A stretch of 64,000 bases of DNA, from contig OY762911.1 of the NCBI GenBank assembly GCA_963666565.1, positions 1,056,001 through 1,120,000 on the forward strand, in the 5' to 3' direction. This document shows positions 1 to 8,679 of the stretch, one piece after another. The first letter of the stretch is position 1; the number at the start of each line of letters is the position of its first letter. Made by a program: the position numbers and the translations under genes. The stretch comes from Thermoanaerobaculia bacterium (GTDB taxonomy: Bacteria > Acidobacteriota > Thermoanaerobaculia > Multivoradales > Multivoraceae). Under the pieces are notes generated by a model. It saw only the letters and a program-made list of their open reading frames with translations, searched no databases and had not been told where the DNA came from.

Positions 1-513
1 GAGGAAGTCGCGATTCGCCCTGGCGCGTTCGGGATCGTCGAGGACTTCCAGGATCGGCTTGTCGTACTCGTCGACGAGCACCGCGACCCGCCGGCCGGAG
101 GCCTCGTGGAGCGCTCCGATCAGGTGGCGGAAGCGCTCCGGCGGGGTCTTGTGGCGGGGCTTCACGCCGGCAGCCCGCTCGATGGCGTCCAACTGGGCGT
201 CGACGCTGTTCCGTACGCCGTCGCCGCTGCGGTACTCGCCGCCTCCGAAGTCGAGCCGGATGACCGGATGCGGCGCCGACCAGTCCCGGCTTCCGTGGAT
301 CGCCAGCCCCCGGAAGAGCGGCTCGTTGCACTCGAAGAGTTCCTTCAGGGTATCCACGAACAGGCTCTTGCCGAACCGCCGCGGCCGCGACAGGAAGTAG
401 TGCTTCCCCTCGTCGATCAACCGCTCGATGTACGCGGTCTTGTCCACGTAGTAGCAGCCGTCTTCCCGGATCTCCCGGAAGTTCTGGATGCCCAGCGGCA
501 GCTTGCGTTTCAT
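1..513 (-). CDS. AAA-ATPase-like / PD-(D/E)XK_9 family protein, N-terminal part (runs off the left edge)
   Basis: Not in the ORF track (truncated). Manual minus-strand reading from ATG at 513 gives MKRKLPLGIQNFREIREDGCYYVDKT...YFLSRPRRFGKSL...VLVDEYDKP, with Walker A/B. Clear paralog of 4908-6500. Confidence 0.88.
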   Translation of the reverse strand, partial: MKRKLPLGIQNFREIREDGCYYVDKTAYIERLIDEGKHYFLSRPRRFGKSLFVDTLKELFECNEPLFRGLAIHGSRDWSAPHPVIRLDFGGGEYRSGDGVRNSVDAQLDAIERAAGVKPRHKTPPERFRHLIGALHEASGRRVAVLVDEYDKPILEVLDDPERARANRDFL

Positions 514-644
514 GGCGACACCGTGGCTGGGATGATAGCCGTGCCCCGCACGTGCGGCCCGAACGGAACGAGCCGCCTCGGCAGGGCGCGGTCCGCCCCG
601 AGCACCGTGCGCGCCGGCTCGGCGTTCAACACGAGGCCCTACGC

Positions 645-690
645 TGGGTGCGCGGGTCTTCTGACCCGCTTGCCGCCGCAGGCGGCCAGG
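645..690 (+). repeat. REP-like hairpin element (GGTGC-GCGGGTC-TTCT-GACCCGC followed by GCCGCC-GCA-GGCGGC)
   Basis: Palindromic stems read directly. The same motif recurs at 1908, 4752, 14558, 14634, 16479, 32929, 33042, 39111, 41798 and 41911. Confidence 0.85.
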
Positions 691-722
691 AGGCGCACCG
701 GCGGGAGGCCGGCTCCGCTCTC

Positions 723-2270
723 TCAGGCGGCCAGCAACCGGCGGTACTCGTCCTCGACGACCCACAGCCGGTCCTGGCCCCAGACGGCGAGGTCGCCGAC
801 CCGGAACGAGGGTACGCCCCACAGGCCCAGGTCGAACAGTTCTTCCCGGTTGCGTTCGGCTTCCGCCCGCCACGCCGGGTCGCCCAGATAGCGGCGGCCT
901 TCCGCCCAGTCGAGCCCGGCGGCCTCGACGATGCGGCGCAGGCCCCGGTCGGTGCCGGCGTCGACCGCCTGCGACCAGACGAGAGTCATGAAGGAACGGA
1001 AGTACTCGATGCCCCGCCCCTGCTCGATCGCCCACGGGAGCAGCGAGTAGCCGCGCTCGACCGGCTTGCCGACCGGATCGGAGACGGGGCCGAAGGGAAC
1101 GCCGTTGCGCTCCGCCTCGCGGGCGGCGTCGAGCAGGATGTAGCGGCGCTTGGCCCGCTTCACGGGCAGGCCGCGCATGACCATCGGCAGGACGAACCGG
1201 ATGCGCAGGTTGACGCCGAACGCCTCGGCGAGGCGGATCGTGCGCTCGGTGGAGATCCAGGTGTACGGGCTGCGGAAGGAGGCGAAGAAGTGGAGATCGG
1301 GGAGGTCCGCGGCTTCGAGGGCGTCGGCCGGGACCGGCCGTTCGAGGAGGGACGGCTGCGCGTAGATCGGCGTGATCTCGCCGCGCCCAACTGTCGATGC
1401 GCCTTCGGTCGGCGCGCTCGCTGTCGGTGCGCCGGCCTTCTGGCCGGCATCCGCGGCAGGCGGAATCCGCGACGTTGGCGCACCCCTCGACCGTCGCGCC
1501 CCGAGATCGGCGAGGCGCTCCTCCAGGTACGCGAGCCGATCGATCCCCCAGGCCCACTCGCCTCCGTAGAAGCAGGTGCCGCCCAGGTAGTGGCCGAGTT
1601 CCGCGCGCCGTTCCGTACCGGCGCGGAGGGCGGCCTCGAGCGCAGCGTCGATGTCCGGATTCTCCGAGGAGGCTACACGCTGGGTGCGCCGGCGCCCTCG
1701 CCGGCTTCTGAAGAGCTCTGCCCCATCCGACTCGCTCTCCCACAGCTCCCGGCCCAACGCCACAGCCGTCTCGAGGGTCGCGTCTGACCCCGGTCGGTCA
1801 GGCGATGGCAGAGTCGCCGCCAGTTTCTTCTGCACGTCGAGCACTGCTTCCGGCTGAGGCCGCGTCTCCGAACTCGGATCTGCGCCGCTCCGCGGCGCCG
1901 CCAGAGGGCGGGTCGGAAGACCCGCGCACCCGGCGTCTCTCGGCTGGGTTACAAGCCCCGCCTTCTCCGCCAACCGGCGCGCGTCGACGAGCGAGTACGA
2001 CTCGAGCAGCGACCGCGCCGGCGCCGCCCAGTCCTCCGGCGGTGCCGCGAGCCAGGTCGCCACCTCGACCTCGTACCGCTCCCGGAGCCTCACCAACGCC
2101 TGCGCGACCAGATGCGAGTACGGATCGTCGACCTGGTGGAAGAACTCGATCCGGTGCGGTTCGCCCTTGCGCCGGCGCTCCCGCTCGGCGCGCGCCCGTG
2201 CCTTGTCCCGTCGGCGCTCGCCGAGGAGATGGGTCGAGAACTGCTTGGAGGCGAAGGACTTGATCGACAT
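723..2270 (-). CDS. Tandem DSBA-like / 2-hydroxychromene-2-carboxylate isomerase family protein with low-complexity insertions
   Basis: Two thioredoxin-fold DSBA-like units: IEFFHQVDDPYSHL...WGIDRL and FFASFRSPYTW...GLWGVPSFRVG...WGQDRL. Three REP-derived in-frame inserts. Confidence 0.8.
   Translation of the reverse strand: MSIKSFASKQFSTHLLGERRRDKARARAERERRRKGEPHRIEFFHQVDDPYSHLVAQALVRLRERYEVEVATWLAAPPEDWAAPARSLLESYSLVDARRLAEKAGLVTQPRDAGCAGLPTRPLAAPRSGADPSSETRPQPEAVLDVQKKLAATLPSPDRPGSDATLETAVALGRELWESESDGAELFRSRRGRRRTQRVASSENPDIDAALEAALRAGTERRAELGHYLGGTCFYGGEWAWGIDRLAYLEERLADLGARRSRGAPTSRIPPAADAGQKAGAPTASAPTEGASTVGRGEITPIYAQPSLLERPVPADALEAADLPDLHFFASFRSPYTWISTERTIRLAEAFGVNLRIRFVLPMVMRGLPVKRAKRRYILLDAAREAERNGVPFGPVSDPVGKPVERGYSLLPWAIEQGRGIEYFRSFMTLVWSQAVDAGTDRGLRRIVEAAGLDWAEGRRYLGDPAWRAEAERNREELFDLGLWGVPSFRVGDLAVWGQDRLWVVEDEYRRLLAA
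1426..1930. repeat. Three REP-like hairpins inside the DSBA gene (1426-1448, 1683-1705, 1908-1930)
   Basis: GGTGC-GCCGGCC-TTCT-GGCCGGC; GGTGC-GCCGGCG-CCCT-CGCCGGC; and the reverse copy GGTGC-GCGGGTC-TTCC-GACCCGC. Confidence 0.75.
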
Positions 2271-2409
2271 GAATCTGGCGGCTTACCGGTGCTTCATCGG
2301 AAGCGACCGCTGGTCGGGGCCGTGGGCGTCAGGTTCGGATCGGGGAGGTTGCGCGCATAGCGAAGGCGGGCGGATCTTCGCGGTGTTGGACGATCCGCTA
2401 TGCCCTGCT

Positions 2410-2985
2410 TCAGGAAGCCACCGTGTACGTCAGCACAGCGAGAAGCAGCGTGTTGAAGGCCATGATGCTGCCGAAGGTCCACTTCAGCGTGCCCACCTGT
2501 TCCGCCAGCCCCTCGATCCGTCCCTCGACCGAGGCGAACCGGGTGTCCATCTCGCCTCTCAACTCGGCGAACCGGGAGTCGACGTGAGCGAAGCGGGTCT
2601 GCATCTCGCCGTTCAACTCGGCGAAGCGGGCATCGACCTGGGCGAAGCGGGCGTCCACCTGGGCGAATCGGGTTTCCATTTCGCCCTTCCACTCCGCCCG
2701 GTCCTGTGCCCGCTGCGCATCGTGGCGCTCGAGCATCGCCTTGAACCGGGCATCCGCTTCCGCTCGGTCCTGTGCCCGCTGCGCGTCGTGACGCTCGAGC
2801 ATCGCCTTGAACCGGGCATCCGCTTCCGCTCTCGTCACCATCGGCGCCGCCTGTTCATCCAGCAGGTCGACAAGCGCCTCGGCCAGCGGGCGCTTCATAC
2901 CCGCGTCGGTCAGTGTCTTGCGCCGGGCAGCCGTCTGTCCGCTTGTCCACGCCATCTCCGTCCCTGAAATCTCCGCTTCCGTCAT
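2410..2985 (-). CDS. Coiled-coil protein with C-terminal TM helix (CCDC90/DUF1640-like)
   Basis: N-terminal 'LTDAGMKRPLAEALVDLL...VTRAE', heptad repeats (FAQVDAR) and a C-terminal hydrophobic anchor. Confidence 0.7.
   Translation of the reverse strand: MTEAEISGTEMAWTSGQTAARRKTLTDAGMKRPLAEALVDLLDEQAAPMVTRAEADARFKAMLERHDAQRAQDRAEADARFKAMLERHDAQRAQDRAEWKGEMETRFAQVDARFAQVDARFAELNGEMQTRFAHVDSRFAELRGEMDTRFASVEGRIEGLAEQVGTLKWTFGSIMAFNTLLLAVLTYTVAS
2700..2831. repeat. 66-bp tandem duplication in the coiled-coil gene (ADARFKAMLERHDAQRAQDRAE x2)
   Basis: Near-identical units at 2700-2765 and 2766-2831. Additional 21-bp heptad repeats at about 2535-2670. Confidence 0.9.
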
Positions 2986-3039
2986 CGTCAGCCTCCGACT
3001 TTCTCGATCTGCGCCGGGCGGCCGCGACGGCAGGAGAAA

Positions 3040-3298
3040 TCGTACAACAGGCCCCGGTGCCGGGCCCGAGGGACACGGCCTTGCACCGGTCCTCTGTGGA
3101 CCAGGACGGAATCCGGCGCCGGTTGCCCGATTCGGGGAGCAGACGCCGGCTGCCGCCCCAGGCCTGCAACGGCGTCTAGCTGCCCATGACGCCCCGCGAG
3201 CAGGCGGCGAGCGCCATCTCGGGCGACGACACGAGGAACATCGGCGCCGCGATCAGCGAAATGCGGAGGCGGCCTCCGATAGTGAGGTCGAGGGTCAT
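3040..3298 (-). pseudogene. Nitronate monooxygenase (2-nitropropane dioxygenase) family remnant
   Basis: MTLDLTIGGRLRISLIAAPMFLVSSPEMALAACSRGVMGS* matches the NMO N-terminal 'IAAPMFLVS' motif. Early stop at 3176, followed by a degenerate C-terminal-like 'SLGPGTG' segment. Confidence 0.6.
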
Positions 3299-3456
3299 GG
3301 GTTTCGCCCGCGGGCGATCTCGCCGGAGGATAGTAGCCTCGACACCTCCCTGTACACGCTGCCGGCGAGGGCGCTTCGTTGAACGCAATCGGGGAGTCGT
3401 GTCCGGTTAACTGCGGACGAGGACACTTCACACTCAACGGACGAGGGCATCGAGGA

Positions 3457-3852
3457 ATGAGAATCCACCTGACCAGCGTCTTCGTGGACGACCAACGGAA
3501 GGCACTTCGCTTCTACACCGAAACGCTCGGCTTTCAGGTGAAGCACGACATCCCTCTGGGAGAGCACGCCTGGATCACCGTCGTGTCGGCGGAAGATCCG
3601 GACGGGACGGAGTTGCTGCTCGAGCCTGCCGCACACCCCGCGGTCGGTCCATACCGGGCGGCTTTGGTGGAGGACGGGATCCCCGGCGCCAGCTTCGCAG
3701 TCGATGATGTCGAAGCCGAGTACGAGCGTCTCGTGGCAAGAGGCGTGCGGTTCGTTCAGGCGCCAACGGACCTCGGGACTGTTGTTACCGCAGTCTTCGA
3801 CGATACGTGCGGCAACCTGATCCAGATCCAGGAGGAGAAGGCTCAACCATGA
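3457..3852 (+). CDS. VOC/glyoxalase family protein
   Basis: MRIHLTSVFVDDQRKALRFYTETLGF...AVFDDTCGNLIQI. RBS GAGGA directly upstream of ATG 3457. Confidence 0.92.
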   Translation: MRIHLTSVFVDDQRKALRFYTETLGFQVKHDIPLGEHAWITVVSAEDPDGTELLLEPAAHPAVGPYRAALVEDGIPGASFAVDDVEAEYERLVARGVRFVQAPTDLGTVVTAVFDDTCGNLIQIQEEKAQP

Positions 3853-4283
3853 CGATCGCACGGAACATCCTCGCCGCCATCGTCGGCTACATCGTCATGG
3901 CCGCCGTGCTCTTCGCACTCTTTTCGCTTCTGTGGCTGACGGTGGGCCCCTCGCGCGCCTTCGAGCCGGGTTCCTGGGAGGTACCCGTCGGCTGGGCACT
4001 CGTCCAGCTCGTCCTCGGGCTCCTGGGCGCGTACATCGGCGGGCAGGTCTGTGCCAGGGTGGCGCACGATGCCAAGGGCGCCACGATTCTGGTCGGCCTG
4101 GTGATCGTGTTCGGAGTGGTGAACGCCCTGATCCCGCCGGAGATGGCGGCGGGACCGCGCCCCGACGACGTGTCGATGATGCAGGCGACCGCGGGCGCCC
4201 AGCAGCCGGCTTGGTTCCTCTGGCTCAACCCGCTGGTCGGGGCCGTGGGCGTCTGGTTCGGAACGCGGAAGCTGCGCGAGTAG
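3849..4283 (+). CDS. Hypothetical 4-TM membrane protein
   Basis: ATGA overlap with the VOC stop; four hydrophobic segments. Confidence 0.75.
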   Translation: MTIARNILAAIVGYIVMAAVLFALFSLLWLTVGPSRAFEPGSWEVPVGWALVQLVLGLLGAYIGGQVCARVAHDAKGATILVGLVIVFGVVNALIPPEMAAGPRPDDVSMMQATAGAQQPAWFLWLNPLVGAVGVWFGTRKLRE

Positions 4284-4323
4284 GCTACGAGTGCATGCAA
4301 CCGTCGACCAGGGAGGAAAGACC

Positions 4324-4740
4324 ATGCTGACACGAGACGAGATGGCCAGCGCGTTCGCCAGATGGGGCGCCGCCTGGAACGAGCACGACCTCGACGGCGT
4401 GATGGACCTGTTTCACGACGACATCTACTTCGAGAACTGGACCGGAGGCTCGGTCCGTGGCAAGGAGAATCTGCGTGAGGCATGGGCGCCATGGTTCGCC
4501 AATCATGGGGACTTCAAGTTCACGACCGAAGAGACGTTCATCGACGAAGTCGAACAGAAGATGCTCTTCCGCTGGCAACTCGACTCGCCGTCGTTCGAGA
4601 AGGGTCAGGAAGGCAAACACGAGGCTAGGCGCGGCCTCGATGTGCTGCACTTCCGGGACGGCAGGATCGTCGAGAAGCTGACCTACTGTAAGACCACGAT
4701 CGAACTGGACGGAGAACGGGTGCGTCTGACGACGCCGTGA
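4324..4740 (+). CDS. NTF2/SnoaL-like family protein
   Basis: AWNEHDLDGVMDLFHDD...RGLDVLHFRDGRIVEKLTY. RBS GGAGGA upstream of ATG 4324. Confidence 0.85.
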   Translation: MLTRDEMASAFARWGAAWNEHDLDGVMDLFHDDIYFENWTGGSVRGKENLREAWAPWFANHGDFKFTTEETFIDEVEQKMLFRWQLDSPSFEKGQEGKHEARRGLDVLHFRDGRIVEKLTYCKTTIELDGERVRLTTP

Positions 4741-4744
4741 CGCC

Positions 4745-4786
4745 CGTGCCGGCGGGTCTTCTGACCCCGCCGCCGCAGGCGGCCCC
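4745..4786 (+). repeat. Degenerate REP-like hairpin
   Basis: GCGGGTCTTCTGACCCCGCCGCCGCAGGCGGC just after the NTF2 stop codon. Confidence 0.7.
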
Positions 4787-4907
4787 ATAACGCGGACGAC
4801 GGTACGGGCGCCTCGCTCGCCGGGAGCGGACCGGGCGAGTTCGGCCAGCACGGCGCCGCTCCCCAGCCCCGCGAGTAACATCGTCACGCCGCCTTCCCTC
4901 ATCCGCC

Positions 4908-6500
4908 ATGCCGACCGACAACGGAGCCGACCACCCAGCCGCCGCAGCGGCCACCACCCGCCGGCAGCTCCCTCTCGGCATCCAGTCGCTCGCGGAGATC
5001 CGCGAGAGAGGCTGCTACTACGTCGACAAGACGGCCTTCATCGCCCGGATGGTCGAGGAGGGCAAGCACTACTTCCTTTCCCGCCCGCGGCGGTTCGGGA
5101 AGACCCTGCTGGTCGACACGATCAAGGAGCTGTTCGAGGGCAACGAGCCGCTCTTCCGGGGTCTCGCCGTCCACGATGCCTGGGACTGGACCGCTCCGCA
5201 TCCCGTGGTTCGCCTCAGTTTCGGCAGGGGCAACTTCAAGACGCCGGGCTTCGTGGCCAGGGCCGCGGCTTCGCAGTTGGACGGGGCGGCGCGGCGGTTC
5301 GGCCTGACGCTGAGCGAAGACGAACCGTCGCTGCTGTTCGGGGCTCTCATCGAGGCGCTGCATGACCAGGCGGGCCGGCGCGTCGTCGTCCTGGTGGACG
5401 AGTACGACAAGCCGATTCTCGACGCGCTCGGCGAGCCCGACACGGCGCGGGCGAACCGCGAGTTCCTGCGCGGGCTCTACGCGACGATCAAGGACTGCGA
5501 CGCCAGCGTTCGCTTCACCCTGCTCACCGGGGTCAGCAGGTTCTCGAAGGTCAACCTGTTCTCCGGACTCAACAACCTGCGGGACATCACGCTCAGCCCC
5601 GCCTACTCAGCCGTCTGCGGCTACACGGAGGCGGACCTCGACACCGTGTTCGCGCCCGAACTGCCCGGGCTCGACCGCGACGAGATCCGCGCCTGGTACG
5701 ACGGCTACAACTGGTCGGGTCCGGAGAACCTGTACAACCCCTACGACGTCCTCCTGCTGTTCATGGAACGGCAGTTCAAGCCCTGGTGGTTCGAGACCGG
5801 GACGCCGACGTTCCTGGTCGACACGCTGATCGACCGCGGCGTGGAGACCTTCTCGCTGGAGGACGCGCTGGCGAGCGAGAGCGTGCTCTCATCCTTCGAG
5901 ATCGGCGATGTCGGCGCGTTCGCCCTGCTGTTCCAGACCGGCTACCTCACGGTGCGCGGCGCCGAGACCCGCGCGGGACGGACGACGTACCGCCTGGGCT
6001 ACCCCAACCGGGAGGTCCGCCAGAGCCTGGCCGAGAGCCTGCTGGCGCGCGTCTCCGCCGAATCGTCGGGCCGCGAGGCGCACAGCCTGAGGCTCCACGA
6101 CGCACTTGCCGAGGCCGACTTCGACGCCCTGCGCGCGGCGCTCGACGCCCTGTTCGCGGGCATTCCGCACCAGTGGCACACCAGGAACCCCATGAGCGGC
6201 TACGAGGGCTGGTACGCGAGCATCTTCTACGCCTGCTTCGCCTCGCTGGGGCTCGACGTGCGGCCGGAGGACAGCAGCGCCGCCGGCCGGCTCGACATGG
6301 CGGTGCAAACGCCGGACCACGTCTACCTGTTCGAGTTCAAGGTGGCCGAGCGGGCGACGAAGGGGGCGGCGCTGGCCCAGCTCCGGGAGAAGGGGTACGC
6401 GGAGAAGTACCGGGGCGCGGGGCGCTCGATTCACCTGGTGGGGGTGGAGTTCAGCAGCGAGAGCCGGGGCATCGGCAGGTTCGAGGTGGCGGCTGCTTGA
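4908..6500 (+). CDS. AAA-ATPase-like protein with C-terminal PD-(D/E)XK_9 nuclease domain
   Basis: LPLGIQ, YYVDKT, RPRRFGKT (Walker A), VLVDEYDKP (Walker B), YPNREV; C-terminal EGWY...GRLDM...FEFK...AQLREKGYAEKY. Confidence 0.92.
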   Translation: MPTDNGADHPAAAAATTRRQLPLGIQSLAEIRERGCYYVDKTAFIARMVEEGKHYFLSRPRRFGKTLLVDTIKELFEGNEPLFRGLAVHDAWDWTAPHPVVRLSFGRGNFKTPGFVARAAASQLDGAARRFGLTLSEDEPSLLFGALIEALHDQAGRRVVVLVDEYDKPILDALGEPDTARANREFLRGLYATIKDCDASVRFTLLTGVSRFSKVNLFSGLNNLRDITLSPAYSAVCGYTEADLDTVFAPELPGLDRDEIRAWYDGYNWSGPENLYNPYDVLLLFMERQFKPWWFETGTPTFLVDTLIDRGVETFSLEDALASESVLSSFEIGDVGAFALLFQTGYLTVRGAETRAGRTTYRLGYPNREVRQSLAESLLARVSAESSGREAHSLRLHDALAEADFDALRAALDALFAGIPHQWHTRNPMSGYEGWYASIFYACFASLGLDVRPEDSSAAGRLDMAVQTPDHVYLFEFKVAERATKGAALAQLREKGYAEKYRGAGRSIHLVGVEFSSESRGIGRFEVAAA

Positions 6501-6653
6501 GCCTTGCCGCCCGGGAACGGGCCGTGCGCTTCCCCTGTTCCCAGTTGCGGATCTTGGCCTACCTCTGTCAACCGCATCAGGGAAGGTGGCGCGGGCAGGG
6601 GGGCGGGGCCAGGGCGGCCGACTCGGCGGCCACGAAGTCGACGAAGCCGACCA

Positions 6654-7535
6654 TCATTCGGCGGATGCGCCAGGAGCGTCCGCGGACTGCCTGCGGTCGA
6701 CCGCCAGGTAGTAGCGGCCCGCGGCCCGCAACACCGGGTCCTTGGCCTCGGAGGCCAACACCTCGAAGACCGCTCTCGCCCCGCCCCCGTTTCCGGTCAG
6801 GAAAGCCAGTCTCCCAGCGGCACTGAGCCGCTGGAGCATGAGCGGCCACCCCTCCCAGGCCGGAGCGAACTCGAGCAGAGCCTTCGCGCCCCTGGAGGCG
6901 TACCCGGCGCCTCCCGGCGCCGCGGCCGCGTGGTCCACGAGGAACGCCGCGGCGTCGACCGTCTTCTCATGGACCCCGCCCTGCTCCAGGATCGACAGCG
7001 CCGCGGCGGCGGCAGGACCGACGTTCGGGGGCTCGGACGGAAGCTCGGACGTTCCTCCCGTGGCGGCCGTCGCCCGCAGTACCTGGTCCATCAGGCCCGG
7101 AGGGAGCGACTCGCCGTGCGCCTGGCCATCCCCCAACCGGATCACCCCGGCGCCGTCCCGCGACTCCATCGCCTCTCGCAGCCGTTCCTGGACTTCGGCG
7201 CTCGACGCCGAGCCGTCCCCCGGCACGCGCAACACCGTGATCCGTGACGGCAGCTCCCTTGCCTCTCCTCCAGCGTTCGGGGACGAACCGTCGTCCGGGG
7301 CCCCGCCGAGCGCCCCGCGGATCATCTGCTTCGTCCACTCCTGTTGGCGCGCGAGGTAGTCCTCGACGATCGCCCAGTCGGGATCCGCCGCCGTAGCGGA
7401 CGCGGTCGAGCCCTCTTCGGTCGCCGAGGCTTCCTGCGCTCCGAGGGCTGCGCACGCTCCCAGGGACAGCGCCGTCGCAAGCGCCGCGGCGGGCCCAGGC
7501 CGCCTGCCGAACGCCATCCTGTATCTCGTCGTCAT
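6654..7535 (-). CDS. Exported hypothetical protein, probably C-terminally truncated
   Basis: Signal-peptide-like AAALATALSLGACAALGAQ, then an alpha-helical body ending abruptly after AAGRYYLA. Start site uncertain (7535 or 7517). Confidence 0.5.
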   Translation of the reverse strand: MTTRYRMAFGRRPGPAAALATALSLGACAALGAQEASATEEGSTASATAADPDWAIVEDYLARQQEWTKQMIRGALGGAPDDGSSPNAGGEARELPSRITVLRVPGDGSASSAEVQERLREAMESRDGAGVIRLGDGQAHGESLPPGLMDQVLRATAATGGTSELPSEPPNVGPAAAAALSILEQGGVHEKTVDAAAFLVDHAAAAPGGAGYASRGAKALLEFAPAWEGWPLMLQRLSAAGRLAFLTGNGGGARAVFEVLASEAKDPVLRAAGRYYLAVDRRQSADAPGASAE

Positions 7536-7815
7536 CGGCAAGGTCTCCTTCGACGGTTCCGGCCCAACCACTCGGAATTAGAACGCTGCACGTCGCGGAT
7601 CGTTCCCCAACAATGGGGCGATCGACACGCGGCGGCTTCTCAGTCGTTGCGCTCTGGCCCGAGTCGCTGGCTGGTGGCGTCGAGTCTGGCGGCCCGGCCT
7701 CGTCAGAAGGCATGGACGTCCGTGATGCGGCCCACCGCCTCGAGCTCCTGGATGTCCTCGTTGAGTCTCACGACCCCGAGCGACCGCCCGGCGCGGGACG
7801 GTATAGCCTTGGCTC

Positions 7816-8235
7816 ATGTCGGACGATGCACGACCGTCAGCGGCCAAGCCGACGCTTGCCGAGGTTCTCTCGCGCCTCGCGCCGCTTGAAGAGGACTTTC
7901 CGAAGATCGACGATCCTCCGGTCGAGCTTGTCCACGGAAGCGGGAACGTCTTCCGGGACTTCGACGACCCCCAGGCCGACCTGAAGCAGGCCAAGGCCGT
8001 CCTTGCTGCGCGGATCATCGCTGTACTGGGCGACCGTGGCCTCGCCGTGCACAAGGCGGCGAGTCTCACCGGGTTCGCGGCGGCTGACTTCTCCCGCATC
8101 CGCGACGCCGATCTCGGGCGCTTCACGCTGGATCGGCTGATGAAGATGCTGGCCGCCTTGGACCACAACGTTAGGGTCACCGTCAGAGTCGACCTTTCCC
8201 GGTCGGCTCCGGCTGCGGCGTCGGGTTCCGGCTGA
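7816..8235 (+). CDS. XRE/HTH_37 antitoxin-like regulator with a VapB-tail-like N-terminal extension
   Basis: GSGNVFRD...ADFSRIRDADLGRFTLDRLMKML is typical HTH_37. The N-terminal TLAEVLSRLAPLEEDFPKIDDPP resembles the C-terminal tail of VapB/VagC antitoxins. Confidence 0.75.
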   Translation: MSDDARPSAAKPTLAEVLSRLAPLEEDFPKIDDPPVELVHGSGNVFRDFDDPQADLKQAKAVLAARIIAVLGDRGLAVHKAASLTGFAAADFSRIRDADLGRFTLDRLMKMLAALDHNVRVTVRVDLSRSAPAAASGSG

Positions 8236-8344
8236 CGCACGCGCCGCTGTACCTCTTCAGCCGCGCGGCGTCCTCACCAACAGCTCGTTCTCCGCCGGCG
8301 TTCCCTTGACCTCCGCGCCGCCGCGCTTGCCGCCTTAGTGCGGG

Positions 8345-8373
8345 TTGCAGGCGTGTAGCCTGTTGGCTACTGT
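8345..8373 (+). promoter_or_regulatory. Sigma70-like promoter with overlapping palindromic operator for the TA pair
   Basis: TTGCAG(8345)-17 nt-TACTGT(8368). Inverted repeat GTAGCC-TGTT-GGCTAC at 8355-8370. ATG lies 6 nt after the -10 element. Confidence 0.6.
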
Positions 8374-8379
8374 CGGAGT

Positions 8380-8670
8380 ATGCTCAAAGTCCGCAGAACG
8401 GCGGTCTACGCCCGGTGGCTGGACAGCTTGCGCGACGTTCGCGGCCGCGCGCGCGTTCTTGTCCGGGTCGAACGGCTGGCGGCCGGCAACCCGGGAGACG
8501 TGAGGCCGGTGGGCGAAGGCGTCTCGGAACTACGGATCGACTACGGACCAGGCTACCGGGTGTACTTCAAGAAGCGCGGCCGCGTGAGCGTGGTGCTGCT
8601 GGCGGGCGGGGACAAGAGCACCCAACGCGACGACATCAAGAGAGCCTTGCGCCTCGCGCGAAACCTGTAG
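8380..8670 (+). CDS. Type II TA toxin, RelE/ParE (HigB-like addiction module killer)
   Basis: WLDSLRDVRGRARVLVRVERLAAGNPGDVRPVGEGVSELRIDYGPGYRVY...LLAGGDKSTQ. Confidence 0.93.
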   Translation: MLKVRRTAVYARWLDSLRDVRGRARVLVRVERLAAGNPGDVRPVGEGVSELRIDYGPGYRVYFKKRGRVSVVLLAGGDKSTQRDDIKRALRLARNL

Positions 8671-8679
8671 GAGGAGACC

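Noticed and set aside
514-4907. Invertible segment between the inverted AAA paralogs
   Set aside because: The paralogs differ at many synonymous positions and no invertase is present, so there is no direct evidence of inversion.
7700-7790. Minus-strand peptide SLGVVRLNEDIQELEAVGRITDVHAF*
   Set aside because: It looks like a gene 3' end but is too short to assign and has no start.
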